The notes under the pieces: model-generated
The model's database searches: none
Told to the model about the DNA's origin: nothing
What the model saw: the letters and a program-made list of their open reading frames with translations, nothing else
Part shown: positions 12,031 to 21,890 of the stretch, one piece after another
How positions within the stretch are numbered: the first letter of the stretch is position 1
How the letters are laid out: every line of letters begins with the position of its first letter
Program-made: the position numbers and the translations under genes
Source of the DNA: Psammoneis japonica
Taxonomy: Eukaryota
Length of the DNA stretch: 22,216 nt
NCBI GenBank assembly: GCA_008632985.1
Contig: QPGO01000195.1
Location: 124,001-146,216, forward strand
Direction of reading: 5' to 3'

Positions 12031-13218
12031 TCATTCCTCATTCTGAGGTTTCTCATGTGCGCTGCATCCAAACTGGGTGCCTGCATTGGCGGCAGGTTCA
12101 TCAGGCTCGTCGGAGTCTTTCGGTGCATCAGCAGGTTGAGCAGCAGGCTCGGCAACAGCTGCTTTCTTTACAGCAAGAGTTTCGGCATCAACCGACTCAG
12201 CTTCCAAGGACACAGCAGCAGCTTTGCATTTCTTTTTGGCCTTCTTGGCGTCGCGGAGCTTTTGGACTTGCTCTCACTCGGGACCGTCAAGAGCACTCCG
12301 GTCGGAGATGCCCTTCAGAAAGTCAGAGACCTTCTTGGTCTCGGCCACCAGTTCATCAAGCTCAGACAAGTCGTTGTGAGCCTTTTGATGACGCTGAATG
12401 TGCTGGTCAAATGCAAATCGACCCCGTCCGGTGCACTTCGCGGCAGCAATCTGTGCATGAGCATGGTTCTTTTGGGGGGGGGTGGTGGCGGCTGATCCTT
12501 CCGCCTGCCTCTCAAGTGCAAAGAAAGCAGTGCGACCATCGCGGCTGCGATTGGAAGGTTTGACAAAAGCCCATCCGGGCCCCCCCATCACTGACTTCTT
12601 CAGGAGATCATGCAGTCGTTGCCTGTCCTGCGCATGCTGAGCGCCCGCAAGGCGGGTGGCAGCAATGAGGTCCTCGTCAATGGCAGCGCAGGTGGCAGCC
12701 AACATCTCGGCGGTGACTTCCTCATGTTCCCCAGCTGGACAGATGAGGGGAACTCCGGCAACGGTGCTGCGGTGGTGGCGCAGTTCGGTCTCCAGCAACT
12801 CTTGGAAGGTGGGCCAGCTGTGTGGGTTCTTGAGCTCCACGGCCGTTTTGGCAGCCAATTCGTCGTCCGAGTCGGCGGACTTGAATTGCTCCAGTTCCAT
12901 CAGACGTGCCGCCCATGTTCCAACAACGTCGCCAGCGAAGAGAGCAGCAGTCGGCTGTTGGTTCCGGGCTCTGCGGCAGTCAATCCATGCGTGCAGTGCC
13001 TTGAGCTTTCGATTCGCCAGGTGTGGAAAGCGGACTTGAGGGCTGGCAGCGGCACCCACGCTTTTCATGGTGCCCTTCGTCATGTCGGCAATTTCAGTCA
13101 AAGGGACCTGCTCCAGGTCCTCGACAGCAGTGAAGCCTTGACGGGCCATGTGGGTGCGCGTCTGTGCACTGTGCCCACAACGCGCAAGACAGGCAGCAAA
13201 GGCTGCAGCAGCGGCCAT
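12031..13218 (-). pseudogene. gag: Copia gag, premature TGA at ~12274
   Basis: FPHLANRKLKALHAWIDCR, GVPLIC, GPGWAFVK...DGRTAFFAL, CTGRGRFAFDQHIQRHQKAHNDL, ETKKVSDFLKGISD; lies between LTR and protease. Confidence 0.85.
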
Positions 13219-13746
13219 GGCGCATCAGCAGTTGTTCGCGTTTCGATGCGTGAGCATCCACTTGTGTGAGTGGAGGAAAGTGAGAAAAATGCATGGCTCT
13301 CGTGCCGATTTGGCGGTTTCTGCTTGGCGAACCCATGAGCAGGCAGTGTTGCCCCCAAGCGACAATGTCCAACAGACATGCATCCACATGTGCAGCGTCC
13401 AAACAATTTGATGATGCACTTTGATTGATGAGATGTGTGTGGTCAAATGACAGACAGCGCACAAATCATTGTGTTGTCTTCATCACGAATGTTTGCGTGT
13501 CTCAGCCGACATGTTCCATCCACATGATCAAACATTTCGTGTGATGACGTCATGTCTGACGGATCACAGCTCTGGTCTCCAAGAGCATGTTGTTCATGTC
13601 CATGAATGTTGACACACACAAAGGACTCAGCAATTGCGCAAGCAACCATGGGACCAACATGGCGCTTGCCACAAAAATCAATTGATCACAACGATGCCGT
13701 CACACCGTTTGCAATGCCCGTTCCAGGCGATGAACATCACAGCGCA

Positions 13747-13761
13747 CTGGCTCTGACAAAG
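13747..13761 (-). promoter_or_regulatory. Candidate primer-binding site
   Basis: Minus strand reads LTR-CA|CTT TGTCAGAGCCAG; resembles plant iMet PBS TGGTATCAGAGCCAG after TA->TG but lacks the TGG. Confidence 0.35.
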
Positions 13762-13945
13762 TGACCAAATGCCACCATGATGGCTGAGAATTGGGTGCAA
13801 GACAAGACAGAGTGTTGAGCAGCATCAGCAGGTTCTAGAATTGTGAGATGTTGCGCCATTGGGGCCACTGATCAAGCAACAGTGAACCAATCGCCAACAG
13901 CACACAAACTGCCTGTGTTTGTGACAGCACACCAGCATTTGTTCA
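13762..13945 (-). repeat. 5' LTR (184 bp, TGA...TCA)
   Basis: End-to-end similarity to 21554-21739, stopping exactly at TG/CA termini. Confidence 0.9.
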
Positions 13946-14345
13946 AAACGACATGTTTGTTTTCCTTGAAACAACATGTTTGTTTTCAATGAAAAGACAC
14001 GTTTGTTTTCCTTGAAAAGACACATTTGTTTTCCTTGAAATGACATGTTTGTTTTCCTTGAAACGACATGTTTGTTTTCCTTGAAAAGACATGTTTGTTT
14101 TCCTTGAAACAAAATGTTTGTTTTCCTTGAAAAGACATGTTTGTTTTCCTTGAAACGACACACTTGTTTTCCCAGAAAAGACATGGTTGTTTTCATTGAA
14201 ACCACATGTTTGTTTTCCTTGAAACGCCGCATTTGTTTTCCTTGAAAAGACATTTTTTTCCCTTGAAGCGACATGTTTGTTTTCCTTGAAACGACGTGTT
14301 TGTTTTCCTTGAAAAGACATGTTTGTTTTCAAGACATGTTTGTTT
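13946..14345 (+). repeat. 23-bp satellite array 2
   Basis: Direct 23-bp periodicity starting immediately after the LTR. Confidence 0.97.
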
Positions 14346-14810
14346 GACCTTGACATTGAAGTCTTCTCTGCAGACAGGCCCAAGTCCCGCTCTGGGTTTC
14401 AACTCACCTTGCGCGTGCAAAAGCACCCTGATTTTCAAGTCAGGGAAAACAACAGAGTGTGCGCTGTTGGGGTCAAACTGGCGAGGGGTGTTGTGGACAG
14501 TTGGCTCACTTGCTCACAGTTGGCTGGGGCACAGCAGGGTGTCAGTCATTCTTTCCCTGAAAAACACAGCCTCGTGGGCTGGCAGTGGGCACGGCTGTCC
14601 ATTGGCTGGATCAACCCACATGGCAGCAGCCACGCAAATGGGGACATTCCTCATTGGCGCGCACTCTTCGGAGCAAGGATGCACTGCAGCAGCGTGGTTG
14701 CTGACAACAATTTGTTCAATGTTGTGGAGAAAAATGGAGTGGCTGGCTGTCTCAACATGACCCAAATGATGGCTGCACTTCGAACAGCAATGCTCCTCTC
14801 ATTGTTGCTG

Positions 14811-15067
14811 GCCTGTTCCAGCTCCAGGTGCTCTGCTTTTCATCACGCGAGAGGCCCATTTTCTGCGCAGTTTGGCGCAATTGACTCCTTCAATTTTGAT
14901 CGTTTCGAAAATCGAAAGGTGAGTGTACACCCGAAAATGCATGTAAAGTGCACACTCACCCTTTGATTTGGCAAAAAACGGATTTGGAAAAGTCAATTGC
15001 GCCAAATGCACAAATTTCCAAATGATGGGAATCGAACCCGCGCGGAGCACCTGGAGCTGGAACAGGC
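14811..15067. mobile_element. 257-bp MITE with 23-bp perfect TIRs and CTG target duplication; PIF/Harbinger (Tourist)-like
   Basis: GCCTGTTCCAGCTCCAGGTGCTC (14811-14833) is the reverse complement of 15045-15067; CTG on both flanks; internal inverted repeats. Confidence 0.75.
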
Positions 15068-15149
15068 CTGCTGTGAAAAGATCAAGATGTCGTCTCCAGC
15101 ACCACCGGCAAAGAAAGAGAAAGAAAAATGAGACTGTTGAGCCAATGAG

Positions 15150-15761
15150 CCTGAGACTTCAGGCAGTGTTGAAGAGAATGGGCATGCAGGCAGCGCATGG
15201 TGCGCTGAAACCAGAAGTGGAGAAGGTGGCTGGAAATGATCTCTTTTCACAGGTGAAGTTTCTCAGTCCATCAGAATTGGCAAGCAATGGGAGCGTCTCA
15301 ATGTTTGTCAAGAAACAGATTGCTGGTGAAAACGTGGACACTTCAAATTGGTCAGGAGCTTGGGAGGAATGGGCAAAAGAGGCGGCAAAAAGGCAAGTTG
15401 ACAATCTCAGAAACACGGTGTGTTCGGCTGTTGGGGCGGAGGCAATGGCCCGCAAGTTGGGTGACCAATGTGTGTGACTCGAGAGTTGCGCGCATCTCGC
15501 AAGAAGATGACATTGATGCTTTGTCTGTGCAGGCGTTGTTGCCAAGGAAGAGGGAAAGGAAAAGAAAAGAAACTCAAGGCGGCAGTCAAGAGGAAAAAGC
15601 AAGGCAGGAAAAAGTCAAGCCGTGACAAGAACGAAAAGAAAGACGTCCCGATTGTGCCGACATGGGATCCGCTTGGCCCAGACACTGTCGCTGGCAGCAA
15701 ACAAAGGAACAAGCAGGCACACAAGCGGTTCTGTGATCACACCCCTGTTTGCAAAAATTGA
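15150..15761 (+). pseudogene. Decayed gene of unknown function, copy B
   Basis: GNDLFSQVKFLSPSEL...AHKRFCDH; paralog of 8062-8673. Confidence 0.5.
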
Positions 15762-16125
15762 CAAACCAAGGATTGTGCGGCAATGCAATCATGGATTGGC
15801 ACATGGCAACAAGGTGGAGGCAGAAATGGCGATGTGGGCACAGTGAAAAATGGCACACAAGATTCTCAACGAGTTGTTGTGACATTGGCGCAGCAAACTT
15901 GCAACCAGAGGTTGGCCTGTCATTGTGCGACAACAATTTTTTGCAACATTTTGACAAGTTGCCATCACGCAAATCCACACATTTTTAACGTTTCGTGCAC
16001 TCTGATGCGTGTGTTGCGCACAGCATCATCGCACAGCATTTGTCCAACTCTCCCTCTCATTGCAGGATGGGTTGTCGCCATGTGGCGCATCTGCACAGCG
16101 GACTTGCGAATTTGACCATGCACTC

Positions 16126-16348
16126 CGTCTGACGCGTTCCAGGTCTAGGTGGGACCTCGCACTGCTGAACTGTGACATCGACAGTTTTTTGAGTCTCGTC
16201 GTATGTCGCGCACGTAGATTTCTACGTGATTTTTTCGACATTTTGTGTCATTTTACGGTGCACTTATTGAGCGATCCGTCCAACAACTTTTGACATTTTT
16301 TGTTACAGCGCGATTCTACAATGTCTTAAGAATCGCGCAGGGCAGGCG
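16126..16348. other. TpA- and CpG-retaining, palindrome-rich island; possible end of a young element
   Basis: Nine TpA in ~220 bp; inverted repeats 16211-16218/16221-16228 and 16308-16317/16329-16338. Confidence 0.7.
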
Positions 16349-16657
16349 NNNNNNNNNNNNNNNNNNNNNNNNNNNNNNNNNNNNNNNNNNNNNNNNNNNN
16401 NNNNNNNNNNNNNNNNNNNNNNNNNNNNNNNNNNNNNNNNNNNNNNNNNNNNNNNNNNNNNNNNNNNNNNNNNNNNNNNNNNNNNNNNNNNNNNNNNNNN
16501 NNNNNNNNNNNNNNNNNNNNNNNNNNNNNNNNNNNNNNNNNNNNNNNNNNNNNNNNNNNNNNNNNNNNNNNNNNNNNNNNNNNNNNNNNNNNNNNNNNNN
16601 NNNNNNNNNNNNNNNNNNNNNNNNNNNNNNNNNNNNNNNNNNNNNNNNNNNNNNNNN
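16349..16657. other. Assembly gap (309 N)
   Basis: Run of N. Confidence 1.
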
Positions 16658-18618
16658 GACATGTTTGTTTTCAAGACATGTTTGGTTTCCTTGAAAAGAC
16701 ATGTTTGTTTTCCCTGAAACCACATGTTTGGTTTCCTTGAAAAGACATGTTTGTTTTCCCTGAAACCACATGTTTGTTTTCCTTGAAAAGACATGTTTGA
16801 TTTCCTTGAAACGACAAGTTTGTTTTCCTTGAAACCACATGTTTGTTTTCCTTGAAATGACACGTTTGTTTTCCTTGAAATGACATGTGTGTTTTCCTTA
16901 AAAAGACATGTTTGTTTTCCTTGAAACAACATGTTTGTTTTCCTTGAAACGACATGTTTGTTTTCCTTGAAACCACATGTTTGTTTTCCTTGAAAACACA
17001 TGTTTGTTTTCCTTGAAACGACATGTTTGTTTTCATTGAAAAGACATGTTTGATTTCCTTGAAACCACATGTTTGTTTTCCTTGAAACCACATGTTTGTT
17101 TTCCTTGAAACCACATGTTTGTTTTCCTTGAAACGACATGTTTGTTTTCATTGAAAAAACATGTTTGATTTTCTTGAAACAACATGTTTGTTTTCCTTGA
17201 AACGACATGTTTGATTTCCTTGAAAAGAGACATTTGTTTTCCTTGAAACAACATGTTTGTTTTCCTTGAAACGACATGTTTGTTTTCCTTGAAAAGACAC
17301 ATTTGTTTTCCTTGAAACAACATGTTTGTTTTCCTTGAAATGGCGCATTTGTTTTCCTTGAAACGACATGTTTGTTTTCCTTGAAAACACACAATTGTTT
17401 TCCTTGAAACAACATGATTGTTTTCCTTGAAATGGCATGTTTGTTTTCTTCGAAACGACGTGTTTATTTTCCTTGAAACGACATGTTTGTTTTCCTTGAA
17501 AAGACATGTTTGTTTTCCTTGAAACCACATGTTTGTTTTCCTTGAAACGCCGTGATTTTTTTCCTTGAAAAGACATTTTTTTCCCTTGAAGCGACATGTT
17601 TGTTTTCCTTGAAACGACATGTTTGTTTTCCTTGAAAAGACATGTTTGACATGTTTGTTTTCCCTGAAACCACATGTTTGGTTTCCTTGAAAAGACATGT
17701 TTGTTTTCCCTGAAACCACATGTTTGTTTTCCTTGAAAAGACATGTTTGATTTCCTTGAAACGACAAGTTTGTTTTCCTTGAAACCACATGTTTGTTTTC
17801 CTTGAAATGACACGTTTGTTTTCCTTGAAATGACATGTTTGTTTTCCTTAAAAAGACATGTTTGTTTTCCTTGAAACAACATGTTTGTTTTCCTTGAAAC
17901 CACATGTTTGTTTTCCTTAAAATGACACGTTTGTTTTCCTTGAAAACACATGTTTGTTTTCCTTGAAACGACATGTTTGTTTTCATTGAAAAGACATGTT
18001 TGTTTTCCTTGAAAAGACATGTTTGTTTTCCTTGAAAAGACATGTTTGTTTTCTTTGAAATGACATGTTTGTTTTCCTTGAAACGACATGTTTGTTTTCA
18101 TTGAAAAGACATGTTTGATTTCCCTGAAACGACATGTTTGTTTTCCTTGAAACGACATGTTTGTTTTCCTTGAAAAGACACATTTGTTTTCCTTGAAACA
18201 ACATGTTTGTTTTCCTTGAAATGGCGTGTTTGTTTTCCTTGAAACGACATGTTTGTTTTCCTTGAAACCACATGTTTGTTTTCCTTGAAATGACACGTTT
18301 GTTTTCCTTGAAACGACACGTTTGTTTTCATTGAAAAGACATGTTTGTTTTCTTTGAAACGAAATGTTTGTTTTCCTTGAAACGAAATGTTTGTTTTCCT
18401 TGAAAAGACATGTTTGTTTTCCTTGAAACGACACACTTGTTTTCCCAGAAAAGACATGGTTGTTTTCATTGAAACCACATGTTTGTTTTCCTTGAAACGC
18501 CGTGATTTTTTTCCTTGAAAAGACATTTTTTTCCCTTGAAGCGACATGTTTGTTTTCCTTGAAACGACATGTTTGTTTTCCTTGAAAAGACATGTTTGTC
18601 TTCAAGACATGTTTGTTT
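16658..18618 (+). repeat. 23-bp satellite array 3 with higher-order duplication
   Basis: 23-bp periodicity; the variant series at ~16658-16940 recurs at ~17648-17890. Confidence 0.97.
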
Positions 18619-20003
18619 GACCTTGACATTGAAGTCTTCTCTGCAGACAGGCCCAAGTCCCGCTCTGGCACTCAACTCACCTTGCGCGCGCAAAAGCACC
18701 CTGATTTTCAAGTCAGGGAAAACAACAGAGTGTGCGCTGTTGGGGTCAAACTGGCGAGGGGTGTCGTGGACAGTTGGCTCACTTGCTCACAGTTGGCTGG
18801 GGCACAGCAGGGTGTCAGTCATTCTTTCCCTGAAAAACACAGCCTCGTGGGCTGGCAGTGGCGTGGCTGTCCATTGGCTGGATCAACCCACATGGCAGCA
18901 GCCAACGCAAATGGGGACATTCCTCATTGGCGCGCACTCTTCGGAGCAAGGATGCACTGCAGCAGCGTGGTTGTTGACAACAATTGTTTCAATGTTGTGG
19001 AGAAAAATGGAGTGCTGCTGTCTCAACACGACCCAAATGACGGCTGCACTGTCAAACAGCAATGCTCCTCTCATTGTTGCTGGCATGTTCCAGCTCCAGG
19101 TGCTCTGCTTTTCATCACGCGAGAGGCCCATTTTCTGCGCAGTTTAGCGCAATTGACTCCTTCAATTTTGATCGTTTCGAAAATCGAAAGGTGAGTGTGC
19201 ACCCGAAAATGCATGTAAAGTGCACACTCACCCTTTGATTTGGCAAAAAACGGATTTGGAAAAAGTCAATTGCGCCAAATGCACAAATTTCCAAATGATG
19301 GGAATCGAACCCGCGCGGCGGCAATGCAATCATGGGTTGGCACATGGCAACAAGGTGGAGGCAGAAATGGCGATGTGGGCACAGTGAAAAATGGCGCACA
19401 TGATTCTCAACAAGTTGTCGCGACATTGGCACAGCAAACTTGCAACCAGAGGTTGGCCTGTCATTGTGCGACAACAATTTTTTGCAACATTTTGACAAAT
19501 TGCCATCATGCAAATCCACACATTTTTAACGTTTCGTGCACTCTGATGTGTGTGTTGTGCACAGCATCATCGCACAGCATTTGTCCAACTCTCCCTCTCA
19601 TCGCAGGATGGGTTGTCGCCATGTGGTGCATCTGCACAGTGGACTTGCAAATTTGACCATGCACTCCCTCTGTCAGGCAGGATGGGGCTGGTGCCATGTG
19701 GCGCATCCGGCCAAGGGAGGAGTGGGTTCGAAGCCCAGCCGCCCACCCCGGATGGGGTTGGAAAGGGGCAGGCCGAGAAAGAAAAGGAGGCTTGGATTTG
19801 AGGCCGATTCAAGCCAGCGACCTCAGGAAGCGCAAAGACTCACAACCACTCAGAACACTGCACACTGTCCTGGCAAGTGCAGGAGGTTCTCAACAACCCA
19901 AGAGGCAAAGAAGTTGCCACTCGGCCAGCTGTTGAGCCCCTTCTCCGCACACACATTCAGGCATGTGTTGTGCACAGCATCGTCACACAGCATTTGTCCA
20001 ACT
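18619..20003 (+). repeat. Composite block copy C: protease fragment (18698-18963), MITE missing most of its right TIR (~19083-19318), ~730-bp deletion, 420-bp repeat
   Basis: Matches 14346-15045, then jumps to the equivalent of ~15778 at GCGG. Confidence 0.9.
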
Positions 20004-21553
20004 GAACATGTCATGAAAAGACATGTTTGTTTTCCTTAGAAACACACATTTGTTTTCCTTGAAAAGACATGTTTGTTTTCCTTGAGACGACATGTTTGTT
20101 TTCCTTGAAAAGACATGTTTGTTTTCTTTGAAATGACATGTTTGTTTTCCCTGAAACGACATGTTTGTTTTCCTTGAAACCACATGTTTGTTTTCCTTGA
20201 AAACACATGTTTGTTTTGTCTGAAACGACATGTTTGTTTTCCTTGAAAAGACATGTTTGTTTTCCTTGAAACCACATGTTTGTTTTCCATGAAACCACAT
20301 GTTCGTTTTCCTTGAAAAGACATGTTTGTTTTCTTTGAAACAACGTGTTTGTTTTTCTTGAAAAGACATGTTTGTTTTTCTTGAAAGAACATGTTTGTTT
20401 TCTGTGAAACCACATGTTTGTTTTCCCTGAAACGACATGTTTGTTTTCCTTGAAAGGACACGTTTGTTTTTCTTGAAAAGACATGTTCGTTTTCCTTGAA
20501 AAGACATGCTTGTTTTCCGTGAAACAACATGTTTGTTTTCCTTGAAACCACATGTTTGTTTTTCTTGAAAACACATGTTTGTTTTCCCTGAAACAACATG
20601 TTTGTTTTCCTTGAAATGACATGTTTGCTTTCTTTGAAAAGACACCTTTGTTTTCCTTGAAAACACATGTTTGTTTTCCTTGAAACCACGTGTTTGTTTT
20701 CCTTGAAAAGACACGTTTGTTTTCCATAAAACAACATGTTTGTTTTCCTTGAAACAACACGTTTGTTTTCCTTGAAAACACATGCTTGTTTTCCTTAAAA
20801 CAACATGTTTGTTTTCCTTGAAAAAACATGTTTGTTTTCCTTGAAACAACACGTTTGTTTTCCATGAAACGACATGTTTGTTTTCCTTGAAACCACGTGT
20901 TTGTTTTCCTTGAAAACACATGTTTGTTTTCCTTGAAACGACATGTTTGTTTTCCTTGAAATGACATGTTTGTTTTTGTTGAAAAGACATGTTTGTTTTC
21001 CTTGAAAAGACACACTTGTTTTCTTTGAAACGAAACGTTTGTTTTCCTTGAAATGGCACGTTTGTTTTCAAGACATGTTTGTTTTCCTTGAAACGACATG
21101 TTTGTTTTCCTTGAAAAGACATGTTTGTTTTCCTTGAAATGACATGTTTGTTTTCTTTGAAAAGAAATGTTTGTTTTCTTTGAAAAGACATGTTTGTTTT
21201 CCTTGAAACCACATGTTTGTTTTCCTTGAAACAACACGTTTCTTTTCCTTGAAGAGACATGTTTGTTTTCTTTGAAATGACATGTTTGTTTTTCTTGAAA
21301 ATGCACATTTGTTTTCCTTGAAAAGACGTGATTGTTTTCCCTGAAACCACATGTTTGTTTTCCCTGAAATGACACATTTGTTTTCCTTGAAAAGACATGT
21401 TTGTTTTCTTTGAAAAAACATGTTTGTTTTCCTTGAAAAGACGTGTTTTTTTTCTTGAAAAGACATGTTTGTTTTCCCTGAAACACATGTTTGTTTTCCC
21501 TTGAAACCACGTGTTTGTTTTCTTTGAAAACACATGTTTGTTTTCCTTGAAAC
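20004..21553 (+). repeat. 23-bp satellite array 4
   Basis: 23-bp periodicity; ends CCTTGAAAC at the LTR. Confidence 0.97.
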
Positions 21554-21739
21554 TGACCAAACACTGCCGTGACAGCTGAGAATTGGGTGCAAGACAAGAC
21601 AGAGATCGTTGAACAGCATCAACAGGTTCTAGAATTGCGGGATGTTGTGCTGCCAGGGCCGCTGACTGAGCAACAGTGAACCAATCGCCAATGGCACACA
21701 AACTGCCTGTGTTTGTGACAGCACATCAGCATTCATTCA
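21554..21739 (-). repeat. 3' LTR (186 bp, TGA...TCA) of a second copia copy
   Basis: Matches 13762-13945; preceded on the minus strand by a PPT and RNase H. Confidence 0.9.
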
Positions 21740-21748
21740 GTCCCCTTG
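21740..21748 (-). promoter_or_regulatory. Polypurine tract
   Basis: Minus strand CAAGGGGAC directly before the LTR's TG. Confidence 0.8.
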
Positions 21749-21890
21749 AACTGACGCTGGCTCCGCTTGGGTCAGATCGACAGACAAATGCAACCTGATG
21801 CTGCCCCATTCCAGGGCAGCAGCCACATTGTGGGGGTGGGAAGTGCCGCACCTGCGCGGCAAACCCGTTTGGTTTGTCCCCTTTTGGGGC

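Larger units (their letters stand above)
10451..13945 (-). mobile_element. 3'-truncated Ty1/copia (CoDi-like) retrotransposon: 5' LTR, gag, protease, integrase; RT/RNase H absent
   Basis: Copia domain order on the minus strand; LTR shared with 21554-21739; flanked by satellite on both sides. Confidence 0.93.
14346..16125 (+). repeat. Composite block copy B: copia protease fragment (14425-14690), MITE, unknown pseudogene, partial 420-bp repeat
   Basis: Aligns with 7797-9036 (copy A) and 18619-19667 (copy C). Confidence 0.9.

Noticed and set aside
10449..13218. Alternative genetic code explaining the missing Tyr
   Set aside because: TpA is missing in every frame and in non-coding DNA, and Tyr positions show two different outcomes.
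13320..13345. Alternative LTR end and PBS (minus strand CA|TGGGTTCGCC)
   Set aside because: LTR similarity ends at 13762, over 400 bp away, and no tRNA match was recognised.
16245..17415. ORFs spanning the N run
   Set aside because: Gap artefacts.
16658..21701. Long minus-strand ORFs (up to 572 aa) of FQGKQTCLFKENKHVFSRKTNM repeats
   Set aside because: Translations of the 23-bp satellite, open in all three minus frames because that strand lacks stops.
13762..21739. The two LTRs as ends of one element enclosing 13946-21553
   Set aside because: gag lies left of the first LTR and PPT/RNase H right of the second, so both internal regions face outward.
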